Assembly (NCBI GenBank): GCA_965153355.1
Contig: OZ231126.1
Location: 25,482,001 to 25,546,000 of the forward strand
DNA: 64,000 nucleotides
From: Flaccisagitta enflata
Lineage: Eukaryota
Direction of reading: 5' to 3'
Shown: positions 27,214-39,627 of the stretch, piece after piece
Numbering within the stretch: position 1 is the stretch's first letter
Layout of the letters: each line of letters opens with the position of its first letter
The notes under the pieces: model-generated
Told to the model about the DNA's origin: nothing
The model's input: the letters and a program-made list of their open reading frames with translations, nothing else
Database searches by the model: none
Position numbers and translations under genes: made by a program

Positions 27214-28128
27214 TGTAACTATGGATGGTATAAATATGGTTTTGAAAGGCGAACCAATGCAATGAAGGGGGGGCGGGGGAAGGATTAGAGCATGAGAGGA
27301 ATGATGAAGTGTTGTGGTCGTATTGGGTCTTTAAAATTAGAGTAGCATGGATTGAGTAGACAACAAATTTTCTTCGTTTCAGGGGTACATCACGCGAGTA
27401 AGTCATGTATTCATTTTAGAATGTGCGCGTGCAGTGTGACATCTCAAATTGAAGATTCAACACTCTTTCATATGAAATTAATCTAGCACGTGTAGTTTAA
27501 GCTGATAAAAAGTGAAAGCATTTTGTAAGTTAATAATTGAGCTCAATCTCATTTTACTTCAAATTACTTGGTCTTCCCTTGAAACTAACTTATTCAAGAT
27601 TAATGTTTTGCCTCTCATAGCCAACACTATAATTCTTTTTTCCTCTTTTTATGTATTATTTGATGTTAAATTATAAATCTATGAATAAAAATTTGATACT
27701 CTTTTATTTTTTTGCATTTGAGATTGTTCACCCTGCACAATGTACTTACGTAGCGTCCATGTCTGCCTCAGTCTTCATCTTTATCTTAGTTTCACTCACC
27801 ATCTATGTTATTATCTCTATACCTGTCTCTATTTGTTTCGTTTTTCTCTGTCCCTTTCGCTGTTTGCTTGTCTCAGTCTGTCTCTTGTGTCTCTTTATCT
27901 ACATAGTGTCTGTATGCAGGCCTTTTTAGTGAATTTTTTTGACAGAGCTAGTCGGGCTCTCTCCACTAAATTTTACAGAGCCCGACGGAAAAACAGCGAG
28001 CCCGACATCAAATAACAATTTTGTCAATTTTTTAATCATCTGAGCCTACATATACACCGGTATATAAGAATGGCTTTTTTGTATCCCTGTAAACAGAAAT
28101 ATAAGGGTAATAAAGAGAAAATCATTAT

Positions 28129-28482
28129 ACAGCCAAATCCCGCTCCAACGGATTTCAAGGGACTAACAAATATTTAGTCGCGTGCATGCAATTCTTTAAC
28201 TTGCTATGTTGGTCAGTTGGTCAGTCTCCATTTGCTTTTTCGGCGTTTTTGGCATTTTCAAGCGCTCCTGCCCAATTGCTTGAGTTAGACTTTTCCATCA
28301 CTGCCCCTGCCCACCCGCACGCGACTTTGGTAGCCATGTATCCACCCTTGTTTCTGTTACAGGCGGAAATCTTTTAGAACAAATATAGGAAATAAAAGAA
28401 ACAAGCTGAAAGGACTGTGAATTTGCATCTATTTTAGGCGGAATTCCGTTAGTTGCGGGTCCGTTAGAGTGAGGTTCAACTG
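28129..28482. mobile_element. Tigger-like MITE interrupted by a family A HINE (about 28174-28352)
   Basis: TA-CAGCCAAATCCCGCTCCAACGGA ... TCCGTTAGAGTGAGGTTCAACTG-TA; internal TTTAGTCGCGTGC...CTTGTT. Confidence 0.7.
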
Positions 28483-28533
28483 TATTTGAACGTTAACAAT
28501 CAATCTCAGATGCATTTAGATTGCATCTAAAAA

Positions 28534-28713
28534 AACAAAGCCGGCTATACAGTTACCCTAGTTCCGTGCATGTGGACAGGGGCAAGGCCAATCGAGTAAT
28601 TGGGCAGAGACAAACGGCCTTAATACGTCAAAATAGCAATGAATTATCATTGGACTGACTAACCCACAAATGGACAGACCAACTCAGTGGGAAGCCGTAG
28701 CACGCTTCTAAAA
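28534..28713 (-). mobile_element. Degenerate HINE family A
   Basis: AACAAAGCCGGCTATACAG...GTAGCACGCTTCTAAAA. Confidence 0.6.
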
Positions 28714-29120
28714 GATACTATACTGATTTATCTTTTTGCTAATCACATATCATTCTTTCAGACTTCTTACTTTTATGTAACTCTTAACTCGCAAAGAAAT
28801 AGCGTGCTCTTTTTACTTGTTTGTTTTTTTTTTTCTTTTTTTTTCTTTTTTTGTTTTTTTTTTCTGTTTGAAAATGATCAAATCCACTTCAGTCTAACAT
28901 GTGTGACCAAATCAGAGAGAGCCCACCGGGCTCAGAGCCAGCAAAATATGAAAGCCCGACAGCAAAATGGAGAGCCTCGGGCTCGCGGGTTCGCTCTAAA
29001 AAAAAAGGCCTGTCTGTATGTCTCTAGCTCTATCTCTTGCCCCTTTCTATCTTTGCCACTATGTCTCTATCTCTCTATATCTGTCTTCTTCTCTCTGTCT
29101 CTCTTTCCGTCTCTCTTTCC

Positions 29121-29303
<183 letters not shown>

Positions 29304-29753
29304 CTTGCCACTGTATTTTTCATGGGTATCATCTGCGTCTCACACCTTCACTTTTTGAATTTTTTATGATATTCGTTCTGAGATTTTTTCTTGATTTGCC
29401 CAGACTTTTAGAGGATATATTGAGGTCAAATGAAACTTCCCGAACCTTTTGGGACGTTCAGGGGCGTCTACGTAAGGTCATTGAGGACATTTAGGGCATT
29501 GAGGACATACAGGATATAAAGGACGTTGAGGACATTGACTACGTTTTAGGATATGGGAGATACAGGAGACAAAGACTTGTGTTAGAATTTACTAAGGAGG
29601 ACAAAAACTGTCGTCATTTGTAATGTCTTCATTGTTTCAAAAAAATCGTCGTCCATCGGTTACAGCTTATGTGGATGTGGATGTGGAAGTAGAAGTTGCA
29701 GCGTGTCTAGGGTCTAAAAGGGCGCTGCAGCGGGGAAACCAGTAGCGAAGTGG

Positions 29754-29946
29754 ACAAGGCCGGATACACGGCTACCAAAGTCGCGTGCGAGTGGGTAGGG
29801 GCAGTGATGAAATAGACCAGCTAGGCAGTTGGGCAGGAGCTGTAACCCCAAAACCGCCCGTAAACGCCGAAAAAACAAAGTGTTACCAAACGACGGACCG
29901 ATCGACGGACAGAGCGAGTTGTAGAGTTGCGTGCACGCGACTAAAA
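29754..29946 (-). mobile_element. HINE family A
   Basis: ACAAGGCCGGATACACGG...GTAGAGTTGCGTGCACGCGACTAAAA. Confidence 0.8.
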
Positions 29947-30597
29947 GTATTGTTAGGCGAAGGGTGGGTAATCTGGGTATGACCCAGAGCTTCGCTGAAC
30001 GCTAAGTTGAGAGATGAAACGGAACAAAAAGGTTGGGTGGGGTGGAAACTGGAAAGTAAGTGAGCTTAAAGGCTCGAAGGGGGGGGAGGCAATGAACTTG
30101 CAAAGTGTCAGTGACATAAAAGGCTGCTCTGCGGGTGTGACTTGGAATGTTTCTGGGACATAAACAGCATTCATTCATGCTACATGTTCTCTCATGTGCA
30201 ATAAACTGGATATATATCGGGGTTGTGACAACTTGTGACATCACTGAAATGGCAGATGTCTGCGGTGAATACAGTTGAATCGGTTGTTCCGTGGCAGGTG
30301 GTTATGATAAATGAGGTGGCGGAGTGTGTGTTGCGTGAGAGGTGACTGTAACAGGAAAGCGGGTGCAACGTTCGTCAGAAGGGAAGCAGAATGGGTGTGA
30401 TATAAAAAAAAAAGTGAGTTTGTCGAGCAGGGCAGCTGAGTAAGTGTGACGTAGGAGGTGGTTGCTTGGGCTGGAGTCGCAGATGTGTTTTGAGCCCCTT
30501 TGCGCCTTTCAATAAAAGCGAGTTTCAACGCATGAAGGATAGAATTTTGATTATATATTTTCCACACGAAGGTCTCAAGAGTGCTTAAAACGAGGGA

Positions 30598-30704
<107 letters not shown>

Positions 30705-32402
30705 AAGAAAGAAAGAAGAGAAAAAGAAAAAAAGAAAAAAAGGCCAGAATTTAGTAGGAATGAAAAGAAGGAATGAAGAAAGAAATGAAGGAAGGAAAGA
30801 AGGAAAAAACAAAGGAAACAAGGAAGGCAAGAAGGAAGAAAGTGGAGAAGGGAGGAAAGGAAGGCAATGATGACAGAAAGGGAGAAGGGAGTGAAATAAT
30901 GAAACTAACAATTAACAATGTTAGACCACAAAAAAATGAATGTACATTGTACAGGTCAGTGGACGGAATAGATTCATCTTGGTTCAGACTGCACTGGTCA
31001 GCTATGACTGATGAGCGTTTCGTGACAAAAACGCATTCCCTGTCCGAGATCCTGTATTCATGTGAAATTCACGTCAGATCACGCGAGACCACGCCAAACT
31101 ACGTCAGATTACTCCCCGTTTCCATCTTTTATGCGCCATGCATAAAAATTCGGCCTCTTTTCAATGCTCTTCCTTTGAATACGCCTTCGATGCATATTAG
31201 AGGTTGAGCCACTCCCCTCGTCTACACCATATCTGCCTTCCTAGCTTCCCCCTCCCGTCTAAATTTTCTCATCCAACTGGACTGAAAACGTCGTATACAC
31301 GTCGGGGGTTGGGGGCAGTGAAAAAATTTTGACTGTAGTAGATAGAGCGATAGCCTGAAATATTCTGGGAGTTCTGCTTCCTCAATGCATTTCCATTTGT
31401 CATATGACTAGTTTTCTTTTTTTTTTTTTGAAAATCGTCTCCACCACCCAGTCGGCAAAAGTCAAATAAGAACAACTTTTTAACATTAAACTTGTGTAAA
31501 GGTACAGGTACAGGTATGGACAAACTGACAAAACTAACAATAGTCAGGTATGAAAGCGACGATTCACATAAGTATAATACAGAGCTTTTTCGCTCATAAT
31601 AAGCAATTACTCCCTACTGATTGATAATTCCACCAGCATCCACATTCTTTTAACGTTGTAATACTTAAATCCTTAAGACAAAGTACCTCTTTAAAGCGCT
31701 TGCTTTGTTTGTTTGTCTGTCCCCCTCGCCGCCAAATCATTTCGCCATCTTTTTCGTCCTTTTGACGTCGTTTTTCTCTTTCTGTTTCAAACACTTTTCT
31801 TTCTTTCTCTTTTTTTTTTCTTTTTCTCATTCGGAATTTTATTTTGATAGAGTGGGAAACTCGTTTGAAAGTCGCCTTTCAATCCCGAAAGACCTGAGAG
31901 GATCAATAAAACTGCAAGCAAAGGAAAAAAGAAGAAGAGAGAAGCGTTAAAGAAAAAGACACAGTTTTTTTTTAAAGAAAAGGGTGGGAGCGCTATGCGC
32001 CAGTGATGATGATCATTGAGCGTAGCGTAGCGACACGGCAATCTGCCCTGAATGTCTCTTGCACATGCGTACCACTGACGCCCAACCCACTCTATCTGTG
32101 ATTGACTTGTGGAAACGACCGTTGCTAGTCAGCCGCTTCCCCCCTCCCCATGTCCCCCATTCCCCCCCACTTTGAACCTCCACTCGGCTTCCTTGATTGA
32201 ATCTTAGGGCAACAACAACTATGAATGCAAGGTCTTAGAAAAATAAACCGTGCTCCAACGGGTCATGCATCAATGGGTCAATGCATCAATTATTGGATCT
32301 AATATGATATGTATGCCATAAATGTATCATAAGCTTTATATAACTGTATATGCTAATATCAATCATGCAATCTTGCATCAATTTTGGTGTCCCGTGCGCA
32401 GA

Positions 32403-32669
32403 CAGTCTATGGACATTACGGTTTTTGTAGATATGTCAGCAGTTTGGCAAATCTCAACCCGTTGAAATCTCTCATTCTGGTATATTTCAACGCGTTGAGA
32501 TCTCTCATTCTACTAAGATGAATCTTGAACATGAGAGATCTCAATGCGTTGAAATGTGCCAGAATGAGCAATCTCAACGAGTTGACATAAGTCAGAATAA
32601 GGGATTTCAACAGGTTGAGATATGCCATACTGCTGATATATCTACAAATACCGTTTTGTCCACTGACTG
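32403..32669. mobile_element. Near-fully palindromic MITE
   Basis: CAGTCTATGGACATTACGGTTTTTGTAGATATGTCAGCAGT is the near reverse complement of the right end; internal TCAACGCGTTGA-type units; CAGA on both flanks. Confidence 0.75.
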
Positions 32670-33048
32670 CAGAGGGGAAAGAGAGAGGAAAGAGCAACAT
32701 GAGCCAAAAAGGGTACGAAGATGCGCGTATCCACCCACACAATCACTTATTACTTTGAAGAGCACACTCAGTCCCAAGTATAATACAAACAGATATACGG
32801 ACACAAGCAGACTTAATCCATGTACGTGCGCACAATCAAACACATACAAACACAAACGAACAAGGACACTCGACAGACGAACCCAAGCAAAGGCTCAACG
32901 AACCAACCGAGATGATGGCTGTTGGGGAATTTGAGAAAAGCGAGAAGCGAAAGTGACTAAAAAGAAAAAGAGAAAGACGTTTTTGAGTAGATGAAACGGA
33001 AAAGGAATTGAATGAAGGAGGCGAGACACGACAAAGAATTGAAGAGAT

Positions 33049-33106
<58 letters not shown>

Positions 33107-33272
33107 TCCGTGAGCTTCTGTGAGCTTTTTTCTATATGTCTTTTTGCGCCTCTACCTGTTTTTGAGCAGGAGTGCAACGCCCTTTTACCGACACATAAGT
33201 ATATGAACCTCAATAGATTGAACTGGAGTCGAAAAAAAAAGTTGTGGATAGTTTTGACTTTTTTTTCTCTCC

Positions 33273-33712
33273 TTTTTGGGCAGCGGCCCCGAAGGGGTCG
33301 ATGACCTATGCTTTCACACAGGGGAATTTTCTCCTTCTTCTCCTTCTCCTTCTCTGTCCCCCCCCCCTCAACCTCCTGGCCCATATATCAGCCTCGAGGC
33401 CCAAATCCCAACCTCAAGGCCCAAATCACATCACCAGGGCCCAAACCCTAGCCTCGAGGGATTTTGGCCTTGAGAATGGGATTTGGGCCTTGAGGATGAG
33501 ATATGGGCCTCGAGGCTGAGATATGGGCCTGGAGGTTGGGGAAGGGGGACGGAGGAGGAGGAGGAGAGGGAGAAGGAGAAAATTACCCTGTGTGAAAGCA
33601 TAGGTCATCGACCCCTTTGGGGCCGCTGCCCTGCTCTCACCCTCAACTACAATCATGACCTACCTAAGCAGGGCTTGGGTACCGCTGACCACCTAACGCT
33701 TTTGCGACTATT
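33273..33712 (+). mobile_element. HINE-like family C, subfamily 3
   Basis: Arm GGGCAGCGGCCCCGAAGGGGTCGATGACCTATGCTTTCACACAGGG inverted at about 33586-33631; GCAGGGCTTGGGTACCGCTGACCA 3' block. Confidence 0.8.
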
Positions 33713-33854
33713 TTCTTTTTTCTTCTTTTTTTTTTTGCTCAAATTTGCACACAGAAACAGACACATATACACAGATACGCACAAACACACACATAACACG
33801 AAAATGCACACACAGACACACACAGACACACACAGACACACACAGACACACACA

Positions 33855-33959
<105 letters not shown>

Positions 33960-34646
33960 CACACAAAAGGAAAAGGCAAATGCAAACTAAAATGAAACAA
34001 AAGGAAAGGAAGAAAATAAAGACCGAAAAATGGGAAGCCAGGAAGAAAAAAGAGGGAAGATAGGAATTGAAATAAGAAGCTAGAAAAAGAAGAGAATACA
34101 AAAAAGAAAGAAGGATAAAATAGTCGTTTGAAATTTAAAAAGAAAATCGGAAGAAAAGGAGGAATAAGTGAGTCTCGTTCTCAATGGAGGCCCAAAGAAA
34201 AGGAGTTTTGTGGAGAAATTGCGGCTGATATGCATGCACGTGTATGCCCGTATGAGTGTAACTCTCTAACTCTCACAACTGCAGTTGTATGAGTGTAAGT
34301 GCGTGTGTGTACATACCACATTGGTCTACTATAACAGCTGATTCTTTCCGAACACTTAATTTGGAAAAAAGTCGAAGAGACGAAGTCCCTTCGGTCTTTT
34401 TGAGTCCTGCAGAGAAAAACGGATTTCCCTTTGTTTTATGAAGCGTTTGGGGAAGTTGATGCATTTTGGGGGCAGAACGGGACTACGCATGAAATTAATA
34501 GCTAAAAAATAGCTAATTCTCCTCTTTCAGATGACGCCAAGCAGAATTCTGTGCGATCGATAGTTTTGGAGCTATGATTTTTTAAATCTTTTTTTATTTT
34601 TTCGCATTTTTCTCATTTTTCCCAAAACGCGGAATCGAGTTAATTG

Positions 34647-34693
<47 letters not shown>

Positions 34694-35049
34694 TTTTTCT
34701 CTCTCATTTTCTCCAGCAGCATTTACGACTTTTTTCCTACGGCGATTAGCCGCCCTTATTGGTATGTGCAGAAATTAAATATCATGAACGCTGATGGCAG
34801 GTATCATCATTTTTTTTAAATCAGAGTTATTTTCAAAAGTGCACAGACGTCGTCCCTTGTCCGTGGGGAGTATGGTATAAGAGGCATGGGGTTTTGGTAA
34901 AGCCCATTGGGTTGCCTGAGCGTCACTCCTATATGGGGTGAATGGGGATGGGCGGGAGCGAGGTTCTGACAGGCACCACACAGATGGGAAAACGGGGGTG
35001 ACAGTGGTTGGATTGTATCAGCCCCCCTTCTATGTGGTGAAAGGGGGTG

Positions 35050-35400
35050 GACGGGATCAGGGTTCTACAGCAACTCATGCCTGTTAACTCGCGTTGTGTC
35101 CTCGGAGACGACGGGGTTGCCGGTGGATTGTGCTATGGTCGGGGGCGGAAGCAGGGTTATATCACAACTCATGCATACTAACTGTTTTTTGCCCTAGTGG
35201 TGACGGGGTTGGGGTGGATGATGGTATGGTTGGGGGTGAGAACAGGGTTGTTTCGCAACTCATGCATGCTAACTCGCGTCGTGCCCCGTGGCAACGGGGG
35301 TTGGGGGTGAATGGTACTATGGTAGTATGGTCGGGGGCGGGACCAGGGTTGTTTCGCAACTCATGCATGCGAACTCGCGTTGTGCCCCGGTGGCGACGGC
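35050..35400. repeat. Minisatellite, about 90-100-bp unit, about 4 copies
   Basis: CAACTCATGC...AACT recurring at about 35071, 35165, 35256 and 35357. Confidence 0.8.
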
Positions 35401-35754
35401 ATCAATGGCGAAGGACAGAATAAATTCTTAAAGATGAGTCAAGATGAGAAAAGATGAGGCGTAGGCTAATGTTTTGGGCCATTAAAATCCAACTCGAATC
35501 TTCCAGTCTCTCTAGGCGGAGAAGTTGGCGGAGATGGAGGTTTTGGAAAAAGAGAGAAAGAGGCAGGGGAAATAGGGATAACAAGCATTGGGGGAAATAG
35601 AGATAAAAAGCATTACGTGGAACATGGACTGAAAGGTAGTAAACGGTCAGAGTGGAAAATGGCCGGGAAGCTCAAAATGCGTATTTGATTGCCTGAGTGC
35701 ATGTGCACTGCTATGATTTTAGTTCTTTTAGGTACAGCATGTGACGACTTGGAT

Positions 35755-35835
<81 letters not shown>

Positions 35836-36389
35836 AACGTTCAACCTCTATTTCAATAGTTTCCAAAAAATGCAACGTCCACTATAGTTAGCGCTGAGAT
35901 GTGATCCACGCTCTTAAGAAATTGAGCACAAGAGGTTATTTTTGCAACTTTGAAATGTAACAAGAGCGCTACCATATGTTGGTCAATCCTGCAGCAGAAA
36001 AAAATTAAAGAAATACATCATTACCCAGTTATCCTTGGTCCGGGTATAAAAGGCCAACAGCTCAAAATCTCGTTTGTTAAAAGTTAAACGCTCTTTTGAC
36101 TTTACTTTCAAGAGAGGAGGAGGAGGAAGAGGAAGAAGAGGAGCTGGAGGAAGAGAAGGGGGATGAGGAGAAGCAGGCAGACGCCAGACCAGACGCCCTG
36201 GGACTAATTTCACGGTTCAACTCAAAACCAATCCAAAGTCCTCCTTTTTTTCTCGTTTTACTTCTTCATTTCTTCCATCCGCTTTTCTTTTCCCACCAAT
36301 TTTTTCTTGCTTTATTCGTTTACCTATTTTTTTCTCTTTAGTTTTTGGTTGGTTTATTTTCTTTCTCAGTTCTTCTGGAATTAAGATAA

Positions 36390-36527
36390 AACAAGGCCGG
36401 ATACACGGCAGGACAGTCGCGGACGGTTGGGCAGGAGCAGTAACGCAAAAACCGGTCGCAATTTAGAAATGTGACGGACGGACCGACCGACACGGCAAGG
36501 TGTAGAGTCGCGTGTCCGGGACTAAAA
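36390..36527 (-). mobile_element. Short HINE family A variant
   Basis: AACAAGGCCGGATACACGG...GTAGAGTCGCGTGTCCGGGACTAAAAA. Confidence 0.75.
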
Positions 36528-36933
36528 ACACGAATGAGTTGATTCGCAAATGTTTTAAACGTCATACTCATAACTCTGATCAGATGTTACAAAGAATAAT
36601 TCTTACTTTCTCAAATCATGGAAATCGATCATAACTTACCATTTCCTAAATGTCTGAAACCTATCTCTTCCCCAAAAAGTTAACAAGTATCGCAAACATA
36701 GAGAACCAATAATTTGTTTAGTTTGTACTAACTATTCAGTATTCACAGAAGCACCGCTTGTGAAATTCATTAACAGAAAAATATGATATCCTACTTTTTG
36801 CCATGTACCTGTGGAATTGAAAAAACAAACTTGCCGTATCTTATATCGGCATGCTAGCTATAGTTAAAACAAGGCTAGATACACGGCTACCCGAGTCACG
36901 TGTGGGTGGGCGGGGGTAGTGATGAATTAGGCT

Positions 36934-37210
36934 CTAAGGAATTTTAGCGCTGTTACCCTCGTCGCAATTGGGAATAGTCCAAGCATTAAGAAAATATTCT
37001 TCCTTGATCGTGTCCTTTGAGAAATCAACGACCAAAAAAGGTCCATCGGGAAGATTTGGACAATCTGTCGAAGCCCCGAAAGCAAAACTCGGAACGGAAA
37101 TGACGAAGTTGTCCGGCGCCGGAGATTGATTGAGTTGGTTGCTTTTCTGCGCGTCCGATATCAATGCAGCGGAATCATCCGGAAATGTGATCAAGGTTTG
37201 ACCCGCGCTT
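36934..37210 (-). CDS. Candidate terminal coding exon (91 aa), weakly C-type-lectin-like
   Basis: Acceptor TTTCTATTATTTAACAG, then an open, complex peptide SAGQTLITFPDD...DCPNLPDGPFLVVDF...NAWTIPNCDEG...* in unique sequence. Confidence 0.5.
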
Positions 37211-37258
37211 CTGTTAAATAATAGAAAGTTTACAGTTGAATCTCGCAACAACGGATGT

Positions 37259-38284
37259 CAAGAGACTAACACATTCAATTACCGGATTTGCTCTTATTAT
37301 CGCCCCGGGCGCTTTTGATATTGAAATTCAACAATTATGCTCCTATTAGCGCCCCATGTTACCAATAAATGTATTTAGTTAGATAATGAATTTATCCAAA
37401 TTCCTTCATTTTAAGGTAAAACAGGTCGCCCAAGGGAAATATGTGGTCAGCGATATCGGTTGCCCTGCTTTGAGTGATTATGAATTACAGTGAGGGGAAG
37501 TAGGGCAGCGGCCCAGAAGGGGACAAAGTCCTGTAGAACACAGGGGGACTTTCATTCGTCCTGCCTGAACAAGTGGATGAGATGCTATAGCCTGAGAGGC
37601 CAGGTTTGAGGCCTGAGAGGTTGGATTTGAGATCTGAAAGGCCGGTTTTGAAGCCTGAGGGGCTGGATTTGAGGCCTGAGAGGCTGGATTTGAGGCCTGA
37701 GAGGCTGGATTTGAGACCTAAGAGGCTGGATTTGAGGCCTGAGAGGCCAGATTTGAGGCCTGAGAGGCCAGATTTGAGGCCTGAGAGGCCAGATTTGAGG
37801 CCTGAGGGGCCAGATTTGTGGCCTGAGAGGCCAGATATGAGGCCTGAGGAGCCTGATAGGGGGGGATGAACGGACGAACGGACGGACGGACGGACGGACG
37901 GACGGACAGACGGACGGACGGACGGACGGACGGACGGACGAACGAACGGACGGATGGACGAACGAACGAAAGTCCCCCTGTGTTCTACAGGACTTCGTCC
38001 CCTTTGGGGCCGCTGCCCAAAAAGGCATCAATTCATGTGCTCTGCATGAACATTTTTTTTCTTTTTTTTTTGTTTAGCAGATTTATATTATTGCCAATAT
38101 AGGAAAATCAAAGAAACACAAAAGGACGTAGGTTTCATATCCGTTATAGCGTGGGGTAACTTAAGCATCACTTTGATTTTTGATAAGGGCTAGTTTGCAA
38201 GTTACCCATCCACGAAATTTTAAAGACAGATAAAAACGGCACATCCATGGATGCAAGAATTACAAAAAGACGGACTAAGAGGAG
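37259..38284. repeat. About 1-kb direct duplication, copy 1 (contains a family C element at 37420-38023)
   Basis: Near-identical to 39628-40611 from CAAGAGACTAACAC to GACTAAGAGGAG. Confidence 0.95.
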
Positions 38285-38369
38285 ACCCGTCGTTCGATAG
38301 ATGGACACCTCATTCTGTGAGCGTTGGTCTTGTCCTTCAATCTGTTATTCGTTCTCTTCTACAAAAGAA

Positions 38370-38621
38370 AACAGGGCAGGGTACAGGGCTACTCAAGTCG
38401 CGTGCGGCTGGGTAGGGGCAGTGATAAAGCAGGCCAACCATACGTTTGGTCAGGGGCAGAAGTCCAAAAAACACTCAAAAAACGCCAAAGAGGCTAAGTG
38501 TTACTGAATGACTAACAGACAGACTGACCGACAGAATGACATACCAACAGACTGACAGACCAACCAACCAACTGACCGACCGACCTAGCGAGATGTAGAG
38601 TCGCGTGCACGTGACTAAAAA
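38370..38621 (-). mobile_element. HINE family A, diverged
   Basis: AGTCGCGTGCGGCTGGG subTIR, GAC(A/C/T) core, AGTCGCGTGCACGTGACTAAAAA end. Confidence 0.72.
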
Positions 38622-39627
38622 CAGGCCCGCGGACAAACCGCCTTACTCAGTTCAGAAATCTTTCAGTTCCTGGACCCTTATGATATGATATTCTGACCAG
38701 CTAATTTGCATAAAGTGGTTCATCATCGGTTCAAGCAATCTTCAAACTTGGCAGCTGCGACAAGCAATCATCGTTTCGCAGAGGAACTCAATCGCTTTCT
38801 TAGCGTTTCATAGTCAGTAGACTCAGTACTGAAAGTATTGTTGTTAATCTTTGTCTTTGCTTTCAAGGAGGGTATATTTGGTTTACAGAATCTGCATGGA
38901 CAGTTGTTCTCAACCGATTTGAGTTAGCGAAAATTGGCGATCGTGTTGATGGAAACAAGCCCGCCCGATCTTGTGATGCTCAAATTGCTCGTTTGAAAAG
39001 ATTCGCGAATGCGGATCTCGCCGTTGCTGCAGCTCCCTTACCTCCTGAAATGTGTCTGGTTAGGGGCTTTAGATTTCATACCTTCGTCCCTTCCTAAGGT
39101 TTCGGGCCGGAAAATTGAAGCAAACTTGAACATGAGGGTATGGGGTCTAATATAACAGTGTATGGACAATAATGTCAATTTTTGCCAGCAGGGTGGCAAA
39201 AACAAACTTGATGCCAGGAAGCGGATTTGACTAGTGTGAGTACAATGAAGTGATCTATACATATTTGTGTACCTTGAAGTCATCTAATTCTAGTACCATA
39301 AAGTGACCTACAGGCGGTAGATGTCGATACAAAAAGTAATACTCACTCGCACAGCGCTTTCGCTTTCTTGAATATAACCGGTCTGGATTTAAGTAGAACA
39401 TTGAGAACCTCTCAGAGGTTTGCACAGAAGAAGACACTGTGGAGCGAGACAAAAAGAAGTTAACAGTAGATCTCGTCTAGACTTGAGATAACGGGGGTAA
39501 ACATTATGGAAAAACATATAGAGCCAGGAGACTAATATTTGGAATTCACGCTGGCATCAATAACACCAATATTCCAATATTCTTAAGGATTCTTCTGAGG
39601 GAACATTGCCTAAAATTAACTTTTCCA

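Larger units (their letters stand above)
27917..29012. mobile_element. Non-autonomous hAT element with GAGCCCG subterminal motifs
   Basis: TIR CAGGCCTTTTT / AAAAAGGCCTG; perfect 8-bp TSD TCTGTATG (27909-27916, 29013-29020). Confidence 0.9.

Noticed and set aside
32416..32742. Leucine-rich-repeat-like ORF (LNLLKSLIL...)
   Set aside because: Coincides with a palindromic MITE; the periodicity comes from its DNA units.
37583..37860. CRISPR-like array
   Set aside because: Contiguous tandem units with no unique spacers, no cas genes, and a eukaryotic context.
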